A stretch of DNA of 42,069 nt from Bacteroidales bacterium (GCA_007120085.1 SKOK01000108.1:1-42069), one strand, 5' to 3'; counted from the stretch's first letter, positions 7,964 through 17,740 are shown. Made by a program: numbers and translations. Notes: generated by a model not told the origin, from the sequence alone.

Positions 7964-9256
7964 ATGACAAAGAAAACTTCCATCCAGGTGATTACCCTGG
8001 GATGCTCCAAGAACCTTGTGGATTCTGAGAAAATGCTTGGACAGTTGCCTCCCGGTCGCTTTCAGATTGTCCCTGAAGGCGAAGGGAATGCCCATGTCGT
8101 AATCATCAATACCTGTGGTTTTATACAAGACGCTAAGGAGGAAAGCATCGACACCATCCTGGAAACACTGGAAAAAAAGAAAAATGGCCTTGTTGGTGAG
8201 GTCCTGGTTACGGGGTGTTTGTCAGAGCGATACAGGGATGAATTAAGGAAAGAGATCCCTGAGGCAGATGCCTGGTTTGGGGTTAATCAGCCCGGCGACC
8301 TTTTTGCCTATCTTAAGGAGAAATACCTGGATGATAGCCCGCAGCGCCTGCTTACCACACCCTCTCACTATGCCTATCTGAAAATAGCTGAAGGCTGTGA
8401 CCGTACCTGTTCCTTTTGTGCAATCCCCATGATACGCGGTGCTTATCGTTCTCATACTGTAAATCAGCTTGTTGAAGAAGCACAGCTGCTGGCCGATAAA
8501 GGTGTTAAGGAGTTGATCCTGATTGCCCAGGATTTGACCTATTATGGCTATGACCTTACCGGCAAACCCATGCTCGGACAATTGCTGAAAGAGCTCGCCG
8601 ACATCTCCGGCATTGAATGGATCAGGCTCCACTATGCTTACCCGCACAATTTTCCCCAGGACGTGATCAACCTCATGGCATCCAATCCGAAAATATGCCG
8701 ATATCTCGACATCCCCTTGCAGCACATCAATGATGACATCTTGCGCTCGATGCGCCGGGGGCACGGCAAGGCCGGAACGCTGGCCTTCCTGGAAAAGATG
8801 CGCAGGGAGGTTCCTGGCCTTGCGTTGCGCACCACCCTCATGGTGGGATACCCCGGCGAAACCGATGATGTATTTAGTGAGCTGATGGACTTTGTGAAAG
8901 AGATGCGCTTCGACCGCCTGGGGGTATTTGCTTATTCTCCTGAAGAAGGTACCAGGGCTTATGATCTGGGCGACCCAATAAGCGAAAATGTAAAGCAGGA
9001 ACGGCTTGAAGCCATCATGGAACTACAATCGGGAATTTCGCTTCAGATCAATGAGAATAAGGTTGGACAGCAGTTTCGTGTCCTGGTTGATCGTGAGGAT
9101 GATGAATTTTTTGTGGCGCGAACCGAATATGACTCACCCGAAGTTGATAATGAGGTGCTGATCACCAAAGATAACCGGTTGTCCATTGGGCAATTTGCCC
9201 AGGTGGAAATAACGGCAGCCAGTGAATTCGATCTGTATGGTCGGGTTCTCCTTTAA
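7964..9256 (+). CDS. rimO: Ribosomal protein S12 methylthiotransferase RimO
   Basis: LGCSKNLVDSE, NTCGFI, radical SAM motif CDRTCSFC, C-terminal TRAM domain, DSPEVD. Confidence 0.96.
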   Translation: MTKKTSIQVITLGCSKNLVDSEKMLGQLPPGRFQIVPEGEGNAHVVIINTCGFIQDAKEESIDTILETLEKKKNGLVGEVLVTGCLSERYRDELRKEIPEADAWFGVNQPGDLFAYLKEKYLDDSPQRLLTTPSHYAYLKIAEGCDRTCSFCAIPMIRGAYRSHTVNQLVEEAQLLADKGVKELILIAQDLTYYGYDLTGKPMLGQLLKELADISGIEWIRLHYAYPHNFPQDVINLMASNPKICRYLDIPLQHINDDILRSMRRGHGKAGTLAFLEKMRREVPGLALRTTLMVGYPGETDDVFSELMDFVKEMRFDRLGVFAYSPEEGTRAYDLGDPISENVKQERLEAIMELQSGISLQINENKVGQQFRVLVDREDDEFFVARTEYDSPEVDNEVLITKDNRLSIGQFAQVEITAASEFDLYGRVLL

Positions 9257-11916
9257 TGGCTTTCCTGGCTCAGCAGCAGACTGTTAAATATCAGCTTGTT
9301 AGAGACTGGCGTTGACCCACGAAAGTTTGGCACAAATGAAAACAAAACGGCCTCACCTTTGCCTTTTCTGAGCCAGACAATGGCAGGCTGACGTTCCAGG
9401 AGTTCTTCTTTTTCAGCAAAACCGCTAAGCAGTAAATCCGTGTCTTCCGGAAACAGGCCAATGACGCGCCTGTCCATATCAAAAGTGGGTATGGAGGTTC
9501 CGAAAACGGGCGCATTCCTGTGGAAAACGCCAATTTCGGCTGGCATCCCATAAGTGACCGGGTGGTTCTCACGCAGATGGATCTTAAGAAATGAGCCAGG
9601 GCAGTCAAAACCAGCCCGCTGCAACCTTTGCGAAATGTCCTGTATCGGAAAACGGAAGTCCTGCTTGCCCTCACCCGGACTCATCAAGCCAAAGAACAGC
9701 TCGGTTGAGCGTCCCCAGGACACAAGTTTACCACCCTCTTCCATGAAATCGAGCACGTTCTGCCATCCTTCCTTGCCCATTCCTTCAATGTATTCTGGAT
9801 TGTAAAACGGCACAAAGACTTCGCCGCCGCGCGTACTGCGTCCCTGGATGATCTGGTCTTTGTTGCTGTCAGGAAACACAATTACATCGAAACGTTTTTT
9901 AAGATCAGCATTCTTGAAATCAGCAGGGTTTAGCACTGTAAAAGGAATGCCGTGGGTGTCGAACAGGAACCTTGTCCAGCCGGCATCCATGTCATGAAAG
10001 TTGGTTTCGCACAAAGCTATGCGAGGCAGACTTAAGCGTGTGAACGTAGCCTCAGGGATGTCTGTGATGAAGAGAGGAGGATCATAAAGCTGATTCAGAA
10101 TGTCTTGCAACACCTCCCTGTTCCTGTTGCGTATTTCAATAAAAAAGGAGCCAACAGGGAGCTCTTCACCTGCCGGGCCCGGGATGGTCTGCTGCAGGCG
10201 ATTCACCTCGATTCTCTGGTTCATGGCCAGGAAGGCAGCCTTGTAACTTTCATTTTTGTTTGATGTAAAAAAGACATGCGAAGCCTCTTCCGGCAAAACT
10301 ACGGGGCGCATGAGCGTTTCAGGCATAACGGGCGACATGGGGATTTCGCTTTCCGGTTTGAATGTATTGATCTCCATGCTATGTAAACCCCTGTGGAGAG
10401 GCAATGACCAGCTGGTGATGTCGTAAGGGCGAATGATCTCACCGCCCGGTGTGTATCTTCTCACCGGATAGCGCTGGTTTTCCATGACCTCCTTGATGAA
10501 GGCCCGGAAAGGTTGTGCAAGCGGAATGATGTAATCTCCCTTAAGTGCTTGACTTCCTTCCATTATGATGTCTTCATCAAGTTGAAAAAGCTGAATGCCG
10601 TGTCGGTCAAGCAGCAGGAGCAATGCTTTAAGCTCACTATTGTCGTGCTGTTGTGCAGGGAGTACGTAATAAAAAGGAGGTTGGGTTCTCCCTTTTTCAA
10701 TTTCTTTGCGGCACATCATGTTTCTGAAGCTGAGGATGTCGTCGCGGTGCAATGCAGCCGTTTTTACCAAGCTGTAAACAGATTCAAGTTCATACTGCAC
10801 GAGATCGGCCAGTCTCCACCAGCCACCCGGCCAGGGTGCCAGGAAGTTTATGCTTTTTTTGTACTCAGAGAGGCCCTTGCCCCAAACAGCAAGTTCGTTG
10901 GCTTCGATATAAACAGGTGTTGCAAGTTGTACGCTGGCAGCTTCAGTAAGGAGGCTGATCACGTTTTTCCAGGCACTGGTTTGTGTTGATCCCGGCCAGT
11001 AATCGTCAAAAAGATAGTGCTGGCTGATTCCTTTGAGGCCTGCGGCTGTCATGTCACGCGCCATATTGGATCCAAATACCCATGTCCAGTTCCACACCAG
11101 TTCATCAATGTTCTGCGCAATGGGATCGTGGTTTGGTGGCACAAAGTATCGCGGCCCGGTACCTCCCATCTGGTGCTTTTCAACAAGCACGTGAGGAAAC
11201 CAGTCGCGGTTGTAAATGTCTGCAACGGCTTGGTTGTCAGTTTGTGTAAGTGTAACGAAATCGCGGTTGATGTTATGTCCGACATATTTATGATACACAC
11301 CCGGAAGGGAACTCCCTTCAAAAGGAGTGCCGGTGTACTTGTTATAATGCTCAACGATCATGTTCATTCCGTCGGGGTTATGGCTCGGTACCATCATAAA
11401 CACAACATCATCCAGGTATTCAGGCTTGCTACCGGTACCTGTGATGAGGTTGTAAGCCATCAGCGGTGCAGCCTGTGAGGGCGAAACTTCCGTTGAATGC
11501 ATCGACAGGGTAACCAGTACAAACACTTTTCCTTCAGCTTTCAAGGCTTCCAGCTCTTCTTCCGGAATGTTGCCGTCAAGAGCGAGGCGCCGATTGATCT
11601 CACGCAGCCTGTCAAGATTAGCAATGTTCTGTGCGGCAGAAACAAAGGCTATGTACATCGGTTTCCCCATAGGGGATTCGCCGTGTTCAATGATTTTTAG
11701 CATGTCCGATTCGCCATCCAGCAGGTTGAGGTAGTCAATCAATGGCTCGTATTTAAAAAGCTTGCGGTCTTCGCCTGGCATGAAACCGAAAAAGTCTTGC
11801 GGGTGGGTGAGTTCGGTATTATCTATGGCTTTCCCTTGCGCAGATAAAGCAACCAGGAAGGATAGCAATACAGTAATCAGCGTATTTCTCATTGTTTTGA
11901 CGTATTGGTTTATCAT
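9253..11916 (-). CDS. Secreted M14-family zinc carboxypeptidase-like protein with C-terminal class I glutamine amidotransferase-like domain
   Basis: Signal peptide; HSTE (HxxE), NPDG, NRDF and HQMG motifs; DAGWTRF..D..GIPF and FDVIVFP in the C-domain. Alternative start at 11892. Confidence 0.82.
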   Translation of the reverse strand: MINQYVKTMRNTLITVLLSFLVALSAQGKAIDNTELTHPQDFFGFMPGEDRKLFKYEPLIDYLNLLDGESDMLKIIEHGESPMGKPMYIAFVSAAQNIANLDRLREINRRLALDGNIPEEELEALKAEGKVFVLVTLSMHSTEVSPSQAAPLMAYNLITGTGSKPEYLDDVVFMMVPSHNPDGMNMIVEHYNKYTGTPFEGSSLPGVYHKYVGHNINRDFVTLTQTDNQAVADIYNRDWFPHVLVEKHQMGGTGPRYFVPPNHDPIAQNIDELVWNWTWVFGSNMARDMTAAGLKGISQHYLFDDYWPGSTQTSAWKNVISLLTEAASVQLATPVYIEANELAVWGKGLSEYKKSINFLAPWPGGWWRLADLVQYELESVYSLVKTAALHRDDILSFRNMMCRKEIEKGRTQPPFYYVLPAQQHDNSELKALLLLLDRHGIQLFQLDEDIIMEGSQALKGDYIIPLAQPFRAFIKEVMENQRYPVRRYTPGGEIIRPYDITSWSLPLHRGLHSMEINTFKPESEIPMSPVMPETLMRPVVLPEEASHVFFTSNKNESYKAAFLAMNQRIEVNRLQQTIPGPAGEELPVGSFFIEIRNRNREVLQDILNQLYDPPLFITDIPEATFTRLSLPRIALCETNFHDMDAGWTRFLFDTHGIPFTVLNPADFKNADLKKRFDVIVFPDSNKDQIIQGRSTRGGEVFVPFYNPEYIEGMGKEGWQNVLDFMEEGGKLVSWGRSTELFFGLMSPGEGKQDFRFPIQDISQRLQRAGFDCPGSFLKIHLRENHPVTYGMPAEIGVFHRNAPVFGTSIPTFDMDRRVIGLFPEDTDLLLSGFAEKEELLERQPAIVWLRKGKGEAVLFSFVPNFRGSTPVSNKLIFNSLLLSQESH

Positions 11917-13322
11917 AGGTTCATAATGGTTTTATACCCTGACTCCAGGATATGCAAGGCTTCTTCTTTCGTAGCACCTTCGGCGTATGTCCTGAGCACG
12001 GGTTCAGTGCCCGATGGACGTATCATCAGCCACTGGCTGTCGCTAAAGTAATATTTAAAGCCGTCCAGGGTTTCGGTTTTCCTGACTTCGTAGTCACCGA
12101 AACGCTTGTAGGCATTGTTGTTGCAGTTCTTAACGATTCTCTCCTTATCTTCTTGTGAGATTTTGAGGTCGGCACGTTCGAAGGCAAATGCACCAGTGAT
12201 TGCATAAATTTCCTCTATCAGTTCGGTAAGAGACTTGCCGGTTTTGACCATAGCCTCCCAGATGAGCAGACCATTGTAAATGCCGTCGCGTTCGGGAAGC
12301 TGCCCGATAACGGCAATTCCGCCTGATTCTTCACCACCTACGAGTACCCTCTCTTCAAGCATGATCCCACAGATGTGCTTGAACCCGATCTTTACAAATT
12401 GAAGCGGGATGCCGTAAGCCTCGCAAAGCTTTTTAATCTTTACGGATGAAGAGAATCCGACAACGGCTTTCCCTTTAATATTCTTATAATGATGAAGGTA
12501 ATGAATAAGCAGCAATATGACATGGTGTGAGTCAATATATTGCCCCCTGCTGTCCATCAGTGCAGTGCGATCGGCATCACCGTCAACGGCCAGGCCACAG
12601 TCGATGTTTCCGCTGGCCTTTATGGTTTCGCTGAATGCTTTTAGGTTTCTGGCAAGGGGTTCAGGTGGAATGCCGTCAAAAAGCGGTTGGCGTTCACAAT
12701 GCAAAAGCGTAATGTCAGGGAATAGCCGGCGCATCACAGCCTGGCCTGAACCATACATGGCATCAAAGGCAAACCGCCATTTGGAACTGCGAATTTCTTC
12801 AAGGTCAAATTGCTCTTCGATATATTTGGCATACATCCCTTCCAGGTCAATATGTTCGAGCAGTCCTTGATGCTCCATGTCAGCCAGACTTATCTTGTCC
12901 AGGTCATCTTCAAGTCCATCAGGAATAAGCGCTTCAACTTCCAGCACCTGCTCTTCCAGCAGTGGCCCGCCATAGTTGCCTTTTAGTTTATAACCATTGT
13001 AAAGTGGTGGGTTGTGGCTGGCGGTAATAAAAACACCGAGGGCACATTGATGGTTTTTTGTGCCCATGGATATCATGGGTGCAGTTACAAAAGTGCTGGC
13101 CAGATAAACTTTGATTCCGTGTTTGGTTAGCACCCTGGCAACCGTTTCGACGAATAACTCGCCACCAAACCTGCAGTCGTGGCCCAGCATGATGGCTGGC
13201 TTTTCCTGCTTTTGCTTTGCCCAAAGTGCCGTGCCTGTTGAAATGCGGGCCACATTGTTTACGGTGAATTCTTTTGCAATGATGGCACGCCATCCATCGG
13301 TTCCAAATTTGATTTTAGTCAT
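11913..13322 (-). CDS. Phosphoglucomutase/phosphomannomutase family protein
   Basis: FGTDGWR, TASHNP, DGDADR, GEESGG and RPSGTEP. Confidence 0.95.
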   Translation of the reverse strand: MTKIKFGTDGWRAIIAKEFTVNNVARISTGTALWAKQKQEKPAIMLGHDCRFGGELFVETVARVLTKHGIKVYLASTFVTAPMISMGTKNHQCALGVFITASHNPPLYNGYKLKGNYGGPLLEEQVLEVEALIPDGLEDDLDKISLADMEHQGLLEHIDLEGMYAKYIEEQFDLEEIRSSKWRFAFDAMYGSGQAVMRRLFPDITLLHCERQPLFDGIPPEPLARNLKAFSETIKASGNIDCGLAVDGDADRTALMDSRGQYIDSHHVILLLIHYLHHYKNIKGKAVVGFSSSVKIKKLCEAYGIPLQFVKIGFKHICGIMLEERVLVGGEESGGIAVIGQLPERDGIYNGLLIWEAMVKTGKSLTELIEEIYAITGAFAFERADLKISQEDKERIVKNCNNNAYKRFGDYEVRKTETLDGFKYYFSDSQWLMIRPSGTEPVLRTYAEGATKEEALHILESGYKTIMNL

Positions 13323-13381
13323 GAATAAGGGTTTAGGATTGGATGATGAATTATAACTTGTGAAGGAGGGCTCAAAGCAGG

Positions 13382-14431
13382 TTATCTGAAAATTCTCATT
13401 TCATTTAGTTTTTGCTGGTATGTTCTTGCATTTCTCAAGTGCTCCCTGTGGGTTCGGGCAAAAACATGATAGCCGTTGAATTCTGGACTTGCGCTAAAAA
13501 ACAGGTAGCTATGTGTTTCGTAGTTTAATACAGCATCAATGGCAGTTGGTTCAGGCAGGTTGATCGGGCCGGGCGGCAAGCCTGCATGCAGGTATGTGTT
13601 GTAGGGTGATTGTGTGTCGAGCTGGTCATTCAAAAGGCGGGTAATGCTAAAGTCACCAATTGCATAAATTACTGTTGGACAAGCCTGCAGCGGCATGTTC
13701 CTGGACAGGCGGTTAATGTAAACTCCTGCTATGCGTGGCATTTCATCCATCTTATTGGTTTCACTTTGAACGATGGATGCCAGTATGCCAACCTCTTCAG
13801 GTGTCAGCCCGATTTGTTGTGCCCGCTCACGACGTGTGGCATTCCAGAATGCATCAAACTCTCTTTGCATACGAGCTACAAGCTGTCCCGGACTTATCGT
13901 CCAGTAAACTTCATAGGTATTTGGGATGAATAGCAGCTTGATGTTTGGTGTGTTTAGACCCGATTCACGAATGACCCCTTCACTTCTAATATGATGCAAA
14001 ATTGCCGTGGAGTCCATCTCCAGCTGTCTGGCAATGCTGCCTGCCAGGTCTTCTTCTGTCCGAATATTTGTAAATGTAAGTCTTACCGGGTCCTGTTCGC
14101 CTGACCTTAGCAGGTTTATCAACTCATTATTGCTCATCTGGTTGCGGATGAGGTAACGGCCGGGCATCACGCGGTTAGGATAATTCTTACGCTGTGCCAG
14201 CCGGTCAAAGCTGTTAAGGTTTTTGACAATTTCCTCCTTTTTCAGCAGTTCCAGCACCTCCGCATAACTGCTATCTCTGGTTATGTAAAAGTGCATACTT
14301 TCACGATCAGCAAGCTGCACATTTGGTGCAAAAATAATTTTATATGCAACTGCGGCGACGATCATTCCGGCTAATACTGCCACGATCAGTGCAGAAAACA
14401 ATAAAACATATGTTTTTCTTAACTTTCGCAT
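13382..14431 (-). CDS. mltG: Endolytic peptidoglycan transglycosylase MltG (YceG family)
   Basis: N-terminal TM helix, ASIVQSET, VYINRL...LQACPT and SPYNTY..GLPPGPI. Confidence 0.95.
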   Translation of the reverse strand: MRKLRKTYVLLFSALIVAVLAGMIVAAVAYKIIFAPNVQLADRESMHFYITRDSSYAEVLELLKKEEIVKNLNSFDRLAQRKNYPNRVMPGRYLIRNQMSNNELINLLRSGEQDPVRLTFTNIRTEEDLAGSIARQLEMDSTAILHHIRSEGVIRESGLNTPNIKLLFIPNTYEVYWTISPGQLVARMQREFDAFWNATRRERAQQIGLTPEEVGILASIVQSETNKMDEMPRIAGVYINRLSRNMPLQACPTVIYAIGDFSITRLLNDQLDTQSPYNTYLHAGLPPGPINLPEPTAIDAVLNYETHSYLFFSASPEFNGYHVFARTHREHLRNARTYQQKLNEMRIFR

Positions 14432-14441
14432 TATGAAGTCA

Positions 14442-14963
14442 TTATGATAACAGCAGTTGCATGAAATACTCGTCTTTCCATTGTTTTTGGTGAAGCCTCC
14501 AGCTTTTGCGTGTACCGGTTAATTCAAACCCTTTGTTTTTGAAAAGCCTTACGCTATGATGGTTGTCAATACCCACACCGCAATGCAACTGTTTTAAATT
14601 CAGCACCTTGTCGGCATAACTGATGATTACGTCAAGTGCCTCCGATCCATATCCTTTGTTTCGTGAATCGGGCCCAAGAATGATGCCTATTGCAGCACGC
14701 TGGTGATGGGGATCAAAGTCGAAAAGGTCAATGATTCCAATTTGTTTTTCATTCTCGTCAACGATAACCAGACGCAGTTGCTTGTCTTCATAAATGTTGT
14801 TCTGTGCATTCAGAATGTATTGCTCAAGAAAAAACCGGGAGTGAGGATTGAGGTTGTTGGACGTATGCCAGTTTTCGGTATCGTTTTCCCATTCATACAA
14901 GACACCCAGGTCATCAATTTCAATTGGCCTGAGCTTTACGCGTTTTCCTTTTAGAAGTGTCAT
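14442..14963 (-). CDS. GNAT N-acetyltransferase (RimJ/RimL/SpeG-like)
   Basis: LRPIE..D, IGIIDLFDFD, RNKGYGSEAL and LF.NKGF. Confidence 0.9.
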   Translation of the reverse strand: MTLLKGKRVKLRPIEIDDLGVLYEWENDTENWHTSNNLNPHSRFFLEQYILNAQNNIYEDKQLRLVIVDENEKQIGIIDLFDFDPHHQRAAIGIILGPDSRNKGYGSEALDVIISYADKVLNLKQLHCGVGIDNHHSVRLFKNKGFELTGTRKSWRLHQKQWKDEYFMQLLLS

Positions 14964-14981
14964 GTGTTTATATTTTGGAGT

Positions 14982-15035
14982 GACAGGTCAAGCCCTGTCG
15001 TTGCATTTGGGTTACAGGTCAAGCCCTGTCGTTAC
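14982..15035. repeat. Two tandem REP-like hairpin units (20-bp direct repeat ACAGGTCAAGCCCTGTCGTT, period 31)
   Basis: Copies at 14983-15002 and 15014-15033; each forms an (G)ACAGG-N6-CCTGT(C) stem-loop. Confidence 0.8.
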
Positions 15036-15079
15036 GATGGTTTTTTGGGCTTGCATCCTGACTATCTGAAACGAGATTA

Positions 15080-15901
15080 TCAAAGTTTAATACTTCCTTC
15101 AAAAACAAGCTGAGCCGGACCATGCAGCCAGACATTGGTGAAAGCACGTTTTGTTTCCGTTGGGGCATCGAACGAAACGTCGAGACCTCCTCCATTTGTG
15201 TTGATGCGATAATGTGTAATTGATTTGTTGTTATTGTACATCCATGCAGAGATGGCTGCTGCCGTGGCTCCTGTTCCGCAAGAAAGCGTTTCGCGTTCGA
15301 CGCCTCGTTCGTATGTCCTGACAGCTATTGTTTGCTTGTCAAGTATTTTGACAAAATTTACATTGATGCCATCGACTTTCCACGGCGGGGAGTTTCTGAT
15401 TTCCCTGCCTGCCTCGATTACATCAATTTTCCATAGATGTTCGTTAAAGATGATCAGATGCGGTGAACCAGTGTCGATGAAGAATTCACCAGGGTTAAGC
15501 GTTTTGGGAGCAGCAACATCATTCAGTTGCACAGAAACTTCATATTTATTTTTGCTGATGTCGGTTATCACGGCCTTATGCAATCCGTCAACGGCCTTGA
15601 AAGTGGTTTTTGTTTCCTTTATGATTCCTGTCTGATGGGCAAAAGCCACAATTGACCTGCTGCCATTGCCACAAAGGCTGCCTTCCTTGCCATCTGCATT
15701 GTAATACTCCATCCGAAAATCAGCATTTCGTTCAGGCTGGAGAATAATCATGCCGTCAGCACCAATGCCATATTGCCGGTGGCAAATACCTGCAATGACT
15801 GCCTGTTTCAGAAAGCCCTCGAACTTGAACTTTCGGCGCCGGTTGTCAATGATAACAAAATCGTTACCACTACCGTGGTATTTATAAAATGGTAAAATCA
15901 T
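15080..15901 (-). CDS. dapF: Diaminopimelate epimerase
   Basis: KYHGSGNDF, GIGADG, LCGNG, DTGSPH and ERGVERETLSCGTG. Confidence 0.97.
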   Translation of the reverse strand: MILPFYKYHGSGNDFVIIDNRRRKFKFEGFLKQAVIAGICHRQYGIGADGMIILQPERNADFRMEYYNADGKEGSLCGNGSRSIVAFAHQTGIIKETKTTFKAVDGLHKAVITDISKNKYEVSVQLNDVAAPKTLNPGEFFIDTGSPHLIIFNEHLWKIDVIEAGREIRNSPPWKVDGINVNFVKILDKQTIAVRTYERGVERETLSCGTGATAAAISAWMYNNNKSITHYRINTNGGGLDVSFDAPTETKRAFTNVWLHGPAQLVFEGSIKL

Positions 15902-15905
15902 CTGT

Positions 15906-15913
15906 CAAATATA
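15906..15913 (-). promoter_or_regulatory. -7 element TATATTTG only 4 nt upstream of the dapF ATG
   Basis: Minus strand reads gTATATTTGacagATG. Confidence 0.55.
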
Positions 15914-16024
15914 CATCAGAATTTTCAAATGAATGATATGCGAATAAAATTCTCCATGAAATTTTGCGGGTTGCCATGCTGAACCCTGATGTTTTAGTTT
16001 TTATTAAGAATTCAGCATGTTGTC

Positions 16025-16078
16025 AGGCATATTTATTGCTAACGGTCAATATGAATCAATTCAAGTGACAAAATGTCA
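16025..16078 (+). promoter_or_regulatory. Sigma54-like -24/-12 element (AGGCATATTTATTGCT) plus TGACA-AAA-TGTCA palindrome upstream of htrA
   Basis: GG-N10-GC spacing with GGCA...TTGCT at 16025-16040; inverted repeat at 16066-16078. Confidence 0.4.
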
Positions 16079-16145
16079 ACATTTTTGCAGGTTTTAGAAC
16101 AAAATGTAATTATAGTTGTTATAAACTTGATAAAATAAATATATT

Positions 16146-17639
16146 ATGAAAAAGTTTATTGGTCTGTTTTTTGTTGCTGTATTGGGTGGCGTTGTGGCTT
16201 TGAGTGTTAACACATTCATTCATGGCGCCCAGGATGAAGTTGTTGTATCTCATACCATCCCATATCGCCCTCTGGGTGTGCCTGTACATATGACTGGCCA
16301 GCGAGGTGAAGTTTTATCGTCTGTGCCCGACTTTACTGTGGTTGCGGAGCATACCATTGATGCTGTAGTGCACATTCGGGCCGAGTTTAACCGACGTGGT
16401 TCCCAACCAGATGATTTTTTCGGACAGGGTGACATTTTTGATTTTTTCTTTGGCCCGCGGGGACGGCGTCCAGCACCCGAACGTCAACCCATCGTGGGAT
16501 CTGGTAGTGGTGTGATTGTTACAGAGGATGGTTACGTGCTTACCAACAACCACGTCATTGATAATGCCAGGCTCATAGAAGTCACTTTAAATGACAGCCG
16601 TGTTTATGAGGCTTACCTTGTTGGAAGTGACCCCACTACTGATCTTGCCCTTCTCAAAATAGAAGAAAAGGCTTTGCCTTACCTGGTTTTTGGTGATTCT
16701 GATGCTCTACGCGTAGGGGAGTGGGTGCTTGCCATCGGCAACCCCTTCAACCTTGCTTCAACGGTAACATCTGGTATCGTTAGCGCTAAAGGCAGGAATA
16801 TCAACATATTGTCTGAAGAGATGGCCATTGAGTCATTTATTCAGACAGACGCAGCCGTCAACCGTGGCAACAGTGGGGGTGCGCTGGTTAATACGCGTGG
16901 CGAACTTGTAGGCATTAATACGGCCATCGCATCCACAACGGGCACTTTTGCAGGCTATTCCTTTGCCGTGCCATCCAGCATTGCGTTAAAAGTGATGGAG
17001 GATTTGCTTGAATATGGTGAGGTGCAGCGTGGATTGCTGGGTGTAACCATTTCGCCTCTGACAAGCAGAAGAGCAGACGAGCTTGGTTTGGGCATCATCC
17101 AGGGTGCCTATGTGGAAGCTGTTGGCGAAGGCAGTGCCGGCGACCTTGCCGGGCTTAAACCCGGTGATGTCATTACGGCCATCAATGAAACAGCAGTCAG
17201 GAATCCTTCAGAGCTTATTGAGGCAGTTGGCCGCAAACGTCCCGGCGACCAGATACGCGTTGCCTATTATCGAAATGGAAGGGAAGGGGTCACGACGGCT
17301 ACCCTGAAAAATATTTATGGTGAAGTCGCTGCAGTTACGCGTGATTCTCGTGATTCCCGTGATATCTCTGAAATGCTTGGTGCCCGCTTTGAGCCGCTGA
17401 CAGAAGAGGATATGGGTTCGCTGAACATTGAACATGGCGTCAAGGTAGTAAACCTCTCAAGAGGTGCATTGAGCAATGCCGGCATTCGCAATGGATTTGT
17501 GATCACACACATTGATAACCAGCCCGTAAGCTCGCCATCTGAATTGAGGGAAATGCTGCAGGGAAGGACTGGCGGCGTATTGATCGAAGGGGTTTATCCC
17601 GGAGGCCGTCGAGCCTACTACGGTGTAGGCCTTGGCTAA
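16146..17639 (+). CDS. htrA: HtrA/DegP (Do) family serine protease with two PDZ domains
   Basis: GSGSGVI, TNNHV, DLALLK and QTDAAVNRGNSGG; two PDZ-like repeats. Confidence 0.95.
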   Translation: MKKFIGLFFVAVLGGVVALSVNTFIHGAQDEVVVSHTIPYRPLGVPVHMTGQRGEVLSSVPDFTVVAEHTIDAVVHIRAEFNRRGSQPDDFFGQGDIFDFFFGPRGRRPAPERQPIVGSGSGVIVTEDGYVLTNNHVIDNARLIEVTLNDSRVYEAYLVGSDPTTDLALLKIEEKALPYLVFGDSDALRVGEWVLAIGNPFNLASTVTSGIVSAKGRNINILSEEMAIESFIQTDAAVNRGNSGGALVNTRGELVGINTAIASTTGTFAGYSFAVPSSIALKVMEDLLEYGEVQRGLLGVTISPLTSRRADELGLGIIQGAYVEAVGEGSAGDLAGLKPGDVITAINETAVRNPSELIEAVGRKRPGDQIRVAYYRNGREGVTTATLKNIYGEVAAVTRDSRDSRDISEMLGARFEPLTEEDMGSLNIEHGVKVVNLSRGALSNAGIRNGFVITHIDNQPVSSPSELREMLQGRTGGVLIEGVYPGGRRAYYGVGLG

Positions 17640-17709
17640 TGCCAATTATGATTTGAAATACAGGCAGTACGCAACCTGAAATGGCTCAAAATTAGTGAGA
17701 AGACAAGGC

Positions 17710-17740
17710 TTGTTTATTCAGAATTTTTTTCGTACCTTTG
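17710..17740 (+). promoter_or_regulatory. Primary-sigma promoter for rpoD (-33 TTG, -7 TACCTTTG)
   Basis: Perfect TAnnTTTG at 17733-17740. Confidence 0.7.

Noticed and set aside
14983-15033. 20-bp direct repeat as a mini-CRISPR or att site
   Set aside because: Only two copies with an 11-nt gap; no cas gene or integrase nearby.
17340-17363. 9-bp in-frame repeat (RDSRDSRD) in htrA
   Set aside because: Small imperfect duplication in the inter-PDZ linker; frame preserved and no sign of phase variation.
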